A stretch of DNA of 64,000 bases from Coniocarpon cinnabarinum (Eukaryota): positions 1 to 64,000 of the forward strand of contig JAVECO010000008.1 of the NCBI GenBank assembly GCA_051942205.1, in the 5' to 3' direction. Below are positions 1 to 11,740 of the stretch, in pieces (the first letter of the stretch is position 1; every line of letters starts with the position of its first letter). The notes below the pieces were generated by a model. The model made no database searches. It saw nothing but the letters and a program-made list of their open reading frames with translations, and was not told the DNA's origin. A program made the translations under genes and the position numbers.

Positions 1-837
1 CCCTTCTCCCCCTCCCCCAAAAGCCAAAAAGTAATTCCTCTTAACGTCCTTCTTACCCATGGCTGCCTCGGTCCTGGCCTCACATCGCCGTCGCCGCCGC
101 CGCCGCCGCCGCCATTCTCCTTGCCATGACTAGGCCTGCCCCGGTACACCATCACATCGTCTGCCTGGCGCCTGTGTCTTCTTCCTCTTCTTCTTCCTTC
201 GCCGTACCAACAACCTCACCAGCCCCGGCCGAGCCCACGCTAGAAGCCCAACCTAATTTGAAAGTCTGCGCCGTACCGACCAGTTACTTTCTCGTTCCAA
301 CATCGCTTCCTCTGCCCACACCCACCTCTCCGTACTACATCTCATACACTTGCCAGGTACTTCGTGCCTTTTCTCTCCTTTCTGACAGTCCAACTTGCAG
401 GCTTCCCTACCGTCCTCGGCCCGCCTGTCACGAACTGAGCTCCCCCGGCCGCGCCATCCTTCCTTTCGTTTAGCGAGCAGACGCTTGGTCCGGTGTCGAA
501 TTTTCCCTTCCCGCAAAGCATTTATTGTTTGGCCTGGCGCCTGAATCAAGATCATGACAGGGTGTGCGCGTGCGCATCTGCTCCGCCGCATCGTTCTGTC
601 AACGTCTGCTCGTCTCCACTGTTGCTGCTACTCCCGCTGCTGCATCCTCCTCACCGGCCTCTGACGTTGGGTCCCTCGTATCTTGGTCACCGTCATTTCT
701 CCGGCACATCTGCTTATTGCTTCCAAATAATGCTTCTGGGGCTTGGACCTAATTTTGATCATTCTTTCCACCTATTTTCTTGTGCTACTCTATAACGCGG
801 CGACGTTGACCAACCACATGCCGGCATACTTTCATTC

Positions 838-2919
838 ATGGACCCGTCCTGCCAGTTGACCTCATTCTTGCCTTCATTCAACGATTCATACGCAATGAGT
901 CCTGGCCCGAAGAAGCAGTCGCAGCAGCAGACATCGGCGCCACACCGTGATGATGTCTCATCGCCAAGCACAACAACCGTCGGCCAGCTGCCTGCTCCAT
1001 CCGCAATGGACCTTTTGGTCACCGCTTCTCCAACGACGGAGTATCACCACCCAGCAGCCACAAATCCCGCATCGGAGCCTCCAGTCGGGAGGGAAGATGG
1101 AGTGACTACAAATGCACCCCCGTCTCCCGGCACTTCCATGGGACCCCCCAGACCGACGCCCTCACCGCATCATGGCCAGCAACAGCCAGCGTTTTCCACC
1201 CCCATCTCAGAGTCGCCGGCCCCGATTGGAGGTGGACTCGCACCCCACGGCGGTATCGGCGCCTCTCATGACTCCTCGTTCCCCCGGCCATACTCTTCAC
1301 CTCGAGGATCTTCGGCAGGTCCTGCCCAGTACGAACAGGTGCGCTCTCCTAGCGGCCGCTCGTCTCTGGCATCTACTGAGCAGCAGTCTCGCTCTAGTCG
1401 CCGTGAATCCCGATCACCTGAGCCGGGACAGAGAACTTCGACCTCTTCAGCTGGTGCTGGAGGTGGTGCTGATAATGCCAGTCAGACTTCGGCGCGTGTC
1501 AGACGTAGACCTAAGACTCAAGTGGCTTCGGCGTGCTGGAAATGCAAGAAAGACCATTTGAGTTGTGATGTGAGTAGACCATGCAAGAGATGTGTCAATT
1601 CTGGTCAGCAGGTAAGTCTTTTTGAAATTCGTTGGAATCTGTCACGTGCGCTTGTTTCCATCTCACAATATGCCATACTTGGCGTCTTGCATTTCCTCAA
1701 TCAAAGGCACTCCAACCTTCAGAAAATGATTATTGAGATCGCCATTGACCATATATTGACTGTCACACTCAGGAATATTGCTACGACGTCCCTCCAAAGA
1801 AGCGCGGACGCCCGAAGCTAGATCAGCGTGTCGATCCCGAACCAAGCAGCACGTCCGCGACTCGGAAAAGGTAGGTGATCGTGTTGCTTCTTCTTGCCGA
1901 TCATTCACTCATGACGACCTTTCAGACCTCGACATGCGTCTTTCGAGATCGATCCGGCACCAGCATTACCGACTTCAACTTCCACGGAATCGTACGGACG
2001 TCAGGTCCCGCCTCCTCCTTCCAGCTATCATTGGCACCAGCCCTCATCCGCCTCTGACCCTACAGGTCAACGCAGCTCCTATTCTTCCATACCGTCAATC
2101 GACTCCGGAGGTCCATCAAGTCGGCCTAGTCATGACAGTGCCCGCAGCTATGGTAGCCAGCACGGCCGGGGTTTGAGCACGCGCTCAAACAGCACAGCAA
2201 GCTCTGATCCGCCCCCGCTTCATGGTTACTCAGTATCTCCTTATTCTCAACCCTCACCACATGTTGGACGTAGTCCCGCGGCTTACAACCTGAATAACCT
2301 TGCTGCCTCCCTTCCGCCGTCGTCACCTGCCATGGGCACACAATTTGGGTTGCCGACATCCCATTATCGTCCTCAGAATCCTGCAAATCCACAGAATTTT
2401 GGCACACGCCCTCGTCCGGCTCCAGCTGGTCCTACTTCTTATCCGTACGCCACCTCTCGCGATCCCCTGCGAACTGCATCGTCTGTTCAGCTTCCCCCTG
2501 TCACACCCTTTCACGCACCACCGCCTCCGACTGGACATTCGCAATCTATGCAGCTACCTGCAATGCAGCCTCCTGTACAGCTGCCCGCACCCGACGCCTC
2601 TGCGTCGTTCACTCGGGGTCCACCTCAGTATCCACCTTCTCATCAATACACCCAGTCTCCTGCGAACATGCCATCAGCGACATCGTACTCGAGCTCGATA
2701 CACGGGCCGGGGCGCTATGATCCGGTACAGGAGGCGACTAGATCTCGTGAACATCGCGAGGGAAGATCTCACGGCTCCCGGGCACATGACGAAGGTGCTG
2801 GACGCTCCAGTCGTCGCAATGAAAGCGATCACAGTTCTGGAAGGAGTGGCAACGAAGGCGGCAACGACAACTCTCGAAGACAGCGACGAGCTGTAAAGCT
2901 CAGCGACATCGTCCATTAG
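838..2919 (+). CDS. Zn(II)2Cys6 binuclear-cluster transcription factor, 3 exons (838-1611, 1773-1870, 1926-2919); start could be 895
   Basis: ACWKCKKDHLSCDVSRPCKRCVNSGQQ is cut by intron GTAAGT(1612)..CAG(1772) and resumes EYCYDVPPKKRGRP, supplying the sixth Cys and a basic motif. A second intron GTAGGT(1871)..CAG(1925) joins in frame to the P/S-rich ORF 2173-2919. Confidence 0.85.
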
Positions 2920-3401
2920 GAAGAGTTTGTATTCACTTGTTGATATTTTCACTACGTCATTTAGTAAAACTAGTGGGAGGACTTTTGGCTTGCCATGTTT
3001 CCACATTTATCGCGTTTGTTGCATCTGACGGCACGAAGGCCTTTCATTATGTAATTTACGAGCATGAGCATACGGATTTGATCGTACAGTCATCTGGATC
3101 AGGCGCCTGGAGGACTCTAATAACATCAGCGCAAGCTTTTCACGTAACGCTTGAAATTGAGCAGAATCCATGGCTTACTTGTCATGGAATTTTACCTAGT
3201 ATCAGCGACTTGCATATAATCTGCAATGCCTTTGATTCCTTTGTCATCTCATCAAGGAGTAACGAGACTCATTGCGTCTCTAAATTTCGTCTCTGGGCAT
3301 GAACCTCCCAACGCCAACGCTAATTGCGCAATCTCGCTGCACGTGTTCAAGTAATGCTCACTCTGCTGTCGCGTCAAGTTTCTCGACTTGCAGACGTCGA
3401 T

Positions 3402-4073
3402 TCACCCAATGACATCCATCTTCTTCTTCTTCTTCCCCCCACTCTTCATCCCCTTCTGGAAATCCCGCCAACTCCCAATCCGATCCTCCCTCCCCTTCTC
3501 CCACTTGACCTCCTCATCCCGCTTCCGCTTCCGCTCCCGCATCTCTTCGTCCTCCTTCCGCTGCTGCCGTCCCTCCTCCCGCATCTGCGCTTTCGCCTGT
3601 CGCTGCCGCCGCACCTCATTGTCCATGAGGACCCACTTCGTCTTCTGCGGCCACAATTCCCTCAGAAACTCCTCTTCCTGCAGCTCTGCCGAGTCCACAT
3701 GCCACTTCTGCTCCCGCATCACGAGCTGCCGCGCGTCTGCTATGGCTTCATCCAGTTTCGCGCGGTGCTTCTCGTCCATCAATTCTTCTTGGGCTTTTTT
3801 CAGCCGGTCGAACGCGTCCGGCGCTTTGGGGTTCGATGTTTTGTCCGGGTGGATGAGGAGGGACTTCTTGCGGTAGCAGATCTTGATGTCGCTGTCTGGC
3901 ACGCCGGGGAGGAGGTCTAGGATTTCGTACGCGTTCAGGCGGAAGGCCCCGTTGATGCGGTCGATTTCGGCGTCTTTGTCGAATTCTTTGGATTCGCGGT
4001 CGAGGTCCGCGAAGAGTTGGGTGTCGTCGATGGGGGCGGGGTCGACGTCTTTGGTGGAGACGTCGGGGGCCAT
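3402..4073 (-). CDS. SPF31: DnaJ-domain protein, DNAJC8/Spf31 family
   Basis: J-domain with LNAYEILDL...YRKKSLLIHPDK, followed by a coiled-coil C-terminus with WEKGREDRIGSWRDFQKG typical of DNAJC8/Spf31. First ATG is at 4073. Confidence 0.85.
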   Translation of the reverse strand: MAPDVSTKDVDPAPIDDTQLFADLDRESKEFDKDAEIDRINGAFRLNAYEILDLLPGVPDSDIKICYRKKSLLIHPDKTSNPKAPDAFDRLKKAQEELMDEKHRAKLDEAIADARQLVMREQKWHVDSAELQEEEFLRELWPQKTKWVLMDNEVRRQRQAKAQMREEGRQQRKEDEEMRERKRKRDEEVKWEKGREDRIGSWRDFQKGMKSGGKKKKKMDVIG

Positions 4074-4558
4074 TGTGGAGGCGATGACAAGGCGTGTGAT
4101 CGGCACTGGTCTTTGGTATCAGTTACTAGTATAAGTACGGGAAAGTCGGCGTTTGAAGGGTGCGTTGTCTGATTATATGTTTAGAGTGGAACTTTGGAGA
4201 GTTTCATTCCAAGGCAGCGTGACAGTAGCAGTATTGGACGGAGATTGCGGAGATTGTTTTCACAGGCTTGCGAAATTTCATGTGAGAGCACCACTTCATG
4301 GTATGGTAACAAAAATCGTGGCGCAATTACAACAGCAATAATGCTACGCTATTGACGTGCGCTTTCGAAACTTCGTTGAGAATTGAAGGATCAGGATCAT
4401 TTTCCTGGCGAATTGTTAGGTGTACATCTACTCGAACAATCTGAACCCTTCAAGCATTATTTTCATGCGCCACTACTTATGCGACCTGGCCTTGCTCGAC
4501 CAACACATGAGCAATCCACAAGCCTCACTTTGATGACCAATCTTCGCCAGTGTGCGCC

Positions 4559-7432
4559 ATGAACAAGGCAAAGCGCCCGCAAAATGGCTTCAAGAAAGTT
4601 CAGAAACTACCAAAGGGTCAAAAGCGAAAGCGTGAGGATGTAGACACTGGGGAGCTGCAGCGGAGGGTGGACGAGCTGGTATGAGTGACCTTAATCGTCA
4701 TAATTCCCTAGTCGCTTGCTTCCAACTCTGAATTCGGTGTACTGAGACCAATTAGGATACATCGAAAAGCTTTGAAAAGTTCACAGACTTGCCATTGTCC
4801 CCACCCACGCTCGCTGGACTTGAGGCCAGCCACTTCACCACCCCGACTACAATCCAACAGCGCACCCTTCCACTTGCGCTTCATGGCCGCGACATTTTGG
4901 GCGCCGCCCAGACCGGCTCAGGCAAAACACTCGCCTTTCTGATACCTGTCCTCGAGAATCTGTACCGCGCACAGCACGTTGGCCAAGATGCGGGCCTCGG
5001 CGCCATGATCATCTCGCCGACTCGCGAGCTCGCTATTCAGATCTTCAATGTTCTGCGCAAGATCGGACAGCAAGGTCATATGTTCGCGGCGGGACTTGTC
5101 ATTGGGGGTAAGAGCTTGATGGAGGAGCGTGAGGCGCTGGCGCGCATGAATATTGTGGTGTGCACACCTGGGCGGATGCTGCAGCATTTGTCGCAGACTG
5201 CCATGTTTGCGGTGGATGGCCTGAAGATGCTTGTGCTTGATGAAGCTGACAGAATCATGGATATGGGTTTTCAAAGGGATGTGGATGCTCTTATTGAGTA
5301 CTTGCCGCCGCCTGGAATGAGGCAGACGATGCTGTTCAGTGCGACACAGACGAAGAGGGTGTCTGACTTGGCGAGGCTCTCGTTGAAGGTAAGTCGTCTA
5401 TGAACCTTCATGAGACATTTGAAGGACTAGAACAAACTCAATAATCGTCTATGAAAGACGTGATCACGTCAAGATTACTCCGAGCTCCGGTACGAACTGA
5501 CATATATTTACAGGATCCTGAATACATCTCTGTCCACGAGTCGTCCTCGTCAGCAACACCATCAAGCCTCCAACAAAATTATACGCTCACACCGTTACCT
5601 GAAAAACTATCCACACTCTGGTCCTTTCTGCTCTCGGCCAAGAAAACAAAGCTTCTCGTCTTCCTCTCATCAGGCAAACAGGTCCGCCACGTCTACGAAT
5701 CCTTCCGACACCTCCAACCCGGCATTCCACTGTTGCACCTTCACGGTCGACAAAAACAGACCGCTCGCCTGGAAATTACCGAGCGCTTCTCACAAGCCCG
5801 GTACGCTTGCCTCTTCGCGACGGATGTAGCCGCCCGTGGACTCGACTTCCCCGCGGTAGACTGGGTCGTCCAGGTCGACTGTCCAGAGGACGCTGACACG
5901 TACATACACCGCGTTGGGCGCACTGCGAGATATAGTCGCACAGGTCGCGCCGTGCTGTTTCTTGATCCTGTGGAAGAAGAAGGGTTCATCTCTCGGCTTG
6001 AAGCCAAGAAGGTGCCCGTCGAACGCATCAATGTCAAAATGAAGAAGCAAAAGAGTATTCAGCAGTCGATGCAAGGGCTTTGCTTCAAATTCCCAGATCT
6101 TAAGTACCTGGGTCAGAAAGCCTTTGTGAGCTACGTTGTAAGTCTTGCCTCCATGTCATGTGCCTCCATACAAGAACCCAGGCATGGTCGCTGACGTCCA
6201 AACAGCGCAGTCTCCACGTACAGAGGGACCGTACGGTCTTCCCCGACCTCACGAAGTACGATCTCGAGGGCTACGCAGCAAGTATGGGTCTCCCAGGCGC
6301 GCCACGCATTAAGTTCACGCGTGGCGACGCCGAGGCCGCGAAGAAAGCCAAGAATGCTCCGAGACGTGGCATGTCACCCGAGCCAGACGAGAAGCAGGGC
6401 AGCGACGTTGAGAACGGTCCCAAGCAGCAAAAGGGCGTCCGCACGAAATATGATCGCATGTTTGAGCGAAAGAATCAAGACGTGCTGGCGCCGCATTATG
6501 CTGCTATGCTGGATGCGGATGACTCGGCTCGCAATGGGACTCACAATGATGACGACACTCCGAATGGAAATCCAGACGACAAGGATAACCCTCCGCCTCT
6601 TGATGCTGGCAACACCAACGACGACCTCTTCGCGGTCAAATCACGCTTCCGTCCCACCTCTCCGACTACCCTGGCCTCTCCCCACCAAGACCCAAGGTCA
6701 ACAAATCCCACAATCCGACCTACATCCAAACGCCAAAAGAAACTCCTCCGCACGACCGCCGGCGCCGCCAAATTAGCACACAAACAAACAAACACCGATC
6801 CCCTACAGTCGAAGTCTACCCATCTCATCTTCGACGACGACACGGGCGAAGCGAAACCGCTTCAGGTCTTTGTGGAGGAGACGGCTGAAGAGAAGGAAGC
6901 TGCGGAGCGTGCGAGACGACGAGAAGAGTTTGTCGAGAAGGAGAGGGAGGGGTTGAAATCTAGGGATGTGGCGGATCGGGAGGTTGAGAGGGAGAAGAGG
7001 AGAGCCAAACGGGAGAAGCGGAAGGTCAGGGAACGGGGAGAGAGGGAGGATCACAGAGGCATGGATGATGGGGACGAGGATGGTTTCGAGAGTGAGAGTG
7101 GAGATGGAGGCGGGCGTGAGGACGGGGATGGAAGTGATGATGATGAAGATGGAGGAGTCAAAATCAGTGGAATACCCGTGGGCAAAGACCAGGAGATGTT
7201 GGATATCCTGGGTGATTTGTACGGTGACGACGACGATGCACCGATTTCCGCCCATTATGAGAAGGCAGAAAATGGAGCCCATCGCTCAAGAAAGGAGGTC
7301 CCCACGTCGAAAAGCGACGCAGGTGATGAAGGGGTTGAGCGCGCTTCAAAAAGAAGGAAGAAAGACACGGAGCGAGAACCAGCGGCAGACGTGATTGAGC
7401 TTGAAAAGGCGGCGATGGGTTTGTTGGAGTAG
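4559..7432 (+). CDS. DBP4: DEAD-box ATP-dependent RNA helicase Dbp4/DDX10, 4 exons (4559-4678, 4756-5388, 5514-6137, 6206-7432)
   Basis: Motifs [52 protein letters not shown]; Dbp4-specific [17 protein letters not shown]; three canonical GT-AG introns keep the frame. Confidence 0.95.
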
Positions 7433-8678
7433 TCGTCAAGTGGAAAATGTCCATCGCTTTTCCTCAGCACTGCAACGGTCCACGTAGGTCTTGGACAACA
7501 GTGCTAACCGCAACTTAATGCGGCGTCTTCCATGGTAGGGTGCTCGTTCGCCACTGTACTGGAAGCTCTTTAATACCTAACATCCTCATCGTTTGGCTCG
7601 TTACTACATACACCCAAAGTCTGCCTTGATTGACGTACTTCCAAAGCGCGCAACTCAAAAAGCACGTGAGTGGAGTCTCCTCGACGTTTGAGATCCGGTT
7701 TGGACATCCAGCATCGAAAGGTCGATAAACAACTTCTGTGATCGAGAAGTGAGTCCGACTCAGGTGGCCTGAGGAGTCGACGTTCCTCGCATGTCAAGTG
7801 TATCACTGTCAGCTCCAGACGGCGGATTCTGGTCGACGAGACTTTTTAGACCTTTGGTGAGGTCGTGAGCGGATACGAATAGCAAATACTCCACTGATGT
7901 TGGTTTCTTACACTAAAAGGGTCTCAAGTGAGATTCTTTCAACGAACTTGCGACCGTAAGAAGCAGACGATCTGGGCGGTGCTGCAGTCGTGGCGACGAT
8001 GGAAATGTCACGAAGTGTACGCGATGGCGCAGGTCCCGCATCTGCTGTCGAGGATTAAACCCCTAGACCACGATCCCTTTTCCAGACACAAAGCCGGAGC
8101 TATGTGTTCATCCAGTCGCTACCGTCTTGGGTTCGAGCATCGACACGCAATTATCGTGTGGTAGATTCACGTTGCATTCCAGTTCTGCTCGGTTGCAGGC
8201 AAGTGGCTTCGAGCTTGCATGGGCAAGTATCGTTGGGGCGTACGCAGGCAGACATTGTTTAGATTTGTGATCCAATAAATCAATCGAAAGTTAGCGTTAG
8301 AGGAAGGCTCGGGGTAGAGAGGTGCCGAAGAACCTTTAGGCTCACGTCTTCGCAGGTTAGGGCCTCTTCTTCAAAGCTAAAGACAGTCCCTGTTTAGCTA
8401 TTGGTGTACCCGCCTTCCTACGAACATGACTTACTTTCTTGGCCTCTCTTTTCATATCCTTCTTTAGATTGTCTAATGTCTTGGCTTAGCTTAGGACTTC
8501 TTAGCGCTGTGCACTACCTATCAGGAATTGTATCATGCAAATAAATTTGTATAGGCGACCTCGTTCCAGAGCAGATTGGCAAGAGGAAAGTTTCGAGTGC
8601 TGGACCGGCCTGCCGTTGAGGCAGAGACGCATGCTATGCGTGTGCATTGAACGACTTTGATAGCGTCCCCTCGTCAGA

Positions 8679-8876
8679 TCTGACACCAATGGTTCGGTTA
8701 TTATTGGCTCGGTTATGGTTAACCATTAGGATATCGGTTTGGTTCTTACTGTTATCAGTTTGGTTATGGTTAACCATTAAGATATCGGTTTGGTTATTGC
8801 TCTTAATCGGTCTGGTTATGGCGCTACCGAGCCGAAACCGAACCAAAACCTAACCATTGACCACACTGTCTGACAC
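8679..8876. mobile_element. Non-autonomous hAT-like MITE (element 8687-8868) with 8-bp TSD TCTGACAC
   Basis: TCTGACAC direct repeats at 8679-8686 and 8869-8876. Right end reads CAGTGTGGTCAATGGTT on the minus strand; left end retains CAATGGTT. The interior has GGTT/CGGTT-rich motifs and a 51-bp-period duplication. Confidence 0.7.
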
Positions 8877-9753
8877 TCGCATGCCTCGTCATTGCATTTT
8901 ATTAACATGATCCAGCGCTCGTCCTGAACGCGAGTTCAAGAGACTACAATGCGTTAATATCATGAAGCCTTACTATCTCTATTATGGCACACTCAATCAA
9001 GCTTAGGATAAAGTACCTACTTGAAAATAAGAAATATCTATAATACGTTCGCCCCTACTCCTGCTTTACTGCTACCGCGGTCTTTAGCACAAGTAGGTCC
9101 CTGTTAGTATTTTGTCAAGCTGCATGGTATGCTCATTGTGACTGATGCAGTCTGGGCCCATAGTGGCCGAGAAGGTGGAGAGGGAGGAGGAGATCGGCAA
9201 AGGGGGTTGAGAACGACAAGTCTCCCACAAACAATTAGTCCTGGGGCTCGATGCAGCCTGGCTGTCATGTGTTGGCTTCGGTGTGCTGGGTGGACGTGTG
9301 GGCCTTTGGAGTATGATTTGAAATCGCTGTCCCTCGCTTTTGATTTGTGGCCTTCTCTTTGTCTGTGCTAAATCTCGTCCTGATGTGCTCGATACGACTC
9401 AAGTCATAATCCGGATGTTACCGTGCAGTGCAGCCTTTTCGCCATCACATAAATGTGCTACAACTCGATCCGCATTGGGGCGAACAATACTTTGGGCGAA
9501 CCAGAGGGTTGAACTCGCGCATGCCCACCGCTGCGACCTTCATCGCTTGCACAAGCCAACGATGCGGTGAAGCAGGCGTGCTCACCGACACTCAGGCAGT
9601 GCACGTGACGACGCACAAATCCACACAACTGAAATTTTGATCTTTCTCCGTTCTCCCTTACCAACAGTCATCTCAAGTATGTTTCGAAAAGCTCTGGAAT
9701 ATTTGGTCTGCAACTGTAAGTAGTCACTAATATAGAGCATGTAGGCAAAGTTT

Positions 9754-10093
9754 AAATCAATCAATAAATTCATCAAAATGCCAGCGCCGGTTTTCTATGT
9801 AAGTACTTGACCATCAATCAACGTCTGTGATTGCTGACAACGTAATCTAACTATTATGAAACCCCCCGCCCGCGCACCGCGGAGTTGGTGTCAGAAGAAG
9901 AAGGAGAAGAAGTAGAGGGAGGGGAGAGTGTGAAGGAGATGACGACGTTGATGACGACGATGAAGGAGAAGGAGAAGAAGGTAAAGACGGAGATTGGGAG
10001 CACAGCTCCAGAAGCATGTACAGGCGTGGGCCTGGCTGTGGTGTTGTGTGTGGCGGTGTGCTGGCTTTGTCTTTGGGGCTTTTAAGCCCCTGA
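9754..10093 (+). repeat. Copy A of a degenerate dispersed duplicate (copy B at about 17090-17483, opposite strand); possibly an eroded small gene
   Basis: AATCAATCAA...AAAATGCCAGC, then GTAAGT..GATTGCTGAC, a GA-rich tract, and GCACAGCTCCAGAAGCATGTACAGGCG. All align by eye to copy B. Confidence 0.6.
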
Positions 10094-11179
10094 TCAAACT
10101 CATTGTTTCCCTCTTTGCTTTGTATCTCTGTCTCTGTTCTCTGACTGGTCTTCCTTGCTATGACCCACCTGTCTAAGAAAATTTCCATGCACAAGCCCAC
10201 ACATCGATAATACGCTTAGATCGTCACAACATTCTTGAAGAATTCAGTGCTGTAGCAGGATTTATTGAGGTTCCGTATCAATAAGCTCGTTCTGCGGACG
10301 GCAATGGCCATGATGTGCAGGAACGATTGGTATCGGAGGCGACGCGAGTTAACTGTTTCGATCATAGTACGACAAGAATGGTGAAGTTGGAGACAATCCA
10401 GACCGGCAGCAGAGCAAATAGCCCTCGAAGTACATGGAAGCTAGCGGCGTGGATAATCTAGTGCTGGTAGAGAGCATTGCCGGTGCGGCAGTGATACACA
10501 CACGATGAACAGCGGGGTTCTACACGGATGCGCAATTTTGTTGCATGCACCTTACGAGAGAGGCTGCCGCGACTAGATTGTTAGATTGTATTAGTAGCCT
10601 CAGAAGGGTTTATTTGATTAGAAGTTTGGGATAGCATGTGCGGTCTGCCTTAAGTCGGTAAAGTTCAAAGATATAACATGCAACAGAACACTGAGATACG
10701 ATGGTTTGAACGCGGACACTTACATGGGCTGCCGGAAAGAGCGGTGAGCGACAGCGGAATTGTGAATTGACGGTGAGACGAGCGTGTCCAGCTCATATAG
10801 TCATTAAAGTTATAATATAGCTTCACCGCCGTTCGCTTATAGGCAATAAAGCTAAGTGAATGAGAGCGCTAAAAACTTCAACGTAACCTGTACAAATGTG
10901 CGTGTCTCCTGCGTCTCTAGTCAGTGGTCATGGTAGAGCGCTGGTACTATTTATTTTCCTCGACTAAAGCTCAAACAGTATAATTGATCAATGAAAGCTA
11001 ATTGTGCTTCGAAATTGTGCTCACATACTTGTAATGTCTACAAAGTCTTGCGAAAAATATAGAGATTTGTCCTGCAGGTTTTAAATACTATCTTTCTAGT
11101 AGAAATTAGGGCAGGGTACGTGTTTGAATTACTCCGAATGCACAAAAAGTGACCAAAATTGGGCAAAACAAGACAAAAC

Positions 11180-11189
11180 AAAAAAAAAA
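11180..11189 (-). terminator. RNA polymerase III terminator (T10 on minus strand) of the tRNA-Ser gene
   Basis: A10 run on the plus strand, beginning 16 nt downstream of the predicted G73 (11206). It is the first run of 4 or more T after the tRNA start. Confidence 0.8.
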
Positions 11190-11205
11190 GGGGTTGATAT
11201 GAGAG

Positions 11206-11359
11206 CGACACTTTGGCTTCGTTAGCAACATACCTTTTAATTCTTTTAATTAATTAGCTTACCCTGCAGGATTCGAACCTGCGCTCCCGAGGGAAATGGC
11301 TATATTTAATAGAATTATTAAATAGCAGGCCATCGCGTTAACCACTCCGCCAAAGTGCC
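11206..11359 (-). tRNA. tRNA-Ser(GCT), three exons: 11359-11323, 11301-11263, 11210-11206
   Basis: Minus strand reads GGCACTT TG GCG-GAGTGGTTAA-CGC G ATGGC CT GCT A [21-nt intron 11322-11302] A GCCAT TTCCCTCGGGAG C GCAGG TTCGAAT CCTGC AGG [52-nt insert] TGTC G. A box, B box, anticodon stem and long variable arm are intact. Confidence 0.92.
11211..11262 (-). other. Putative spliceosomal (U2-type) intron in the tRNA acceptor stem, between positions 68 and 69
   Basis: GTAAGC donor, GCTAAC branch point ending 10 nt before the 3' end, AAG acceptor. Its 52-nt length matches mRNA introns in this window. Removal yields AGGTGTC-G, pairing with GGCACTT. Confidence 0.75.
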
Positions 11360-11740
11360 TTGTTTGAAGTCGTTGGAAGTCGTTTTTCGACTCCCACTTT
11401 GGATAACACTAAAATTAGTAGTAAAATGTATATAGTGTATTCTAAAATGACGTAATTACCGCCTTTTCAGAAATCTTGCGGTGGGAGCAAGTCAGGGGGT
11501 GCGGATGTTCACCTACCACCGTCCGTGCCTCTGGACATGCACGTGACATGGTCTGGGAGGTCGCTGCCACGTTTCTGCAATGTATCACGCACGCACGCAC
11601 ATCAGGTCTGTGTCGCCTTTGTCCAACTGTCCCTCCGTGCCCTCGCTAACTTTTAGGCGCTCGACTACTGCCCTGAGGCGTAGGAGATGTAGCGGCGTAT
11701 GCGCTGCTACGAACAGTGTATTGTCACAAATAGCTGCGCC

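Noticed and set aside
8700..8800. Repeat-spacer-like pattern resembling a CRISPR array
   Set aside because: Eukaryotic genome, only two units and no cas genes; explained as MITE internal repeats.
11211..11233. Second donor-like GTATGT inside the tRNA insert, suggesting two tandem or nested introns
   Set aside because: The resulting pieces (29 and 23 nt) are too short for lariat formation; a single 52-nt intron is more parsimonious.
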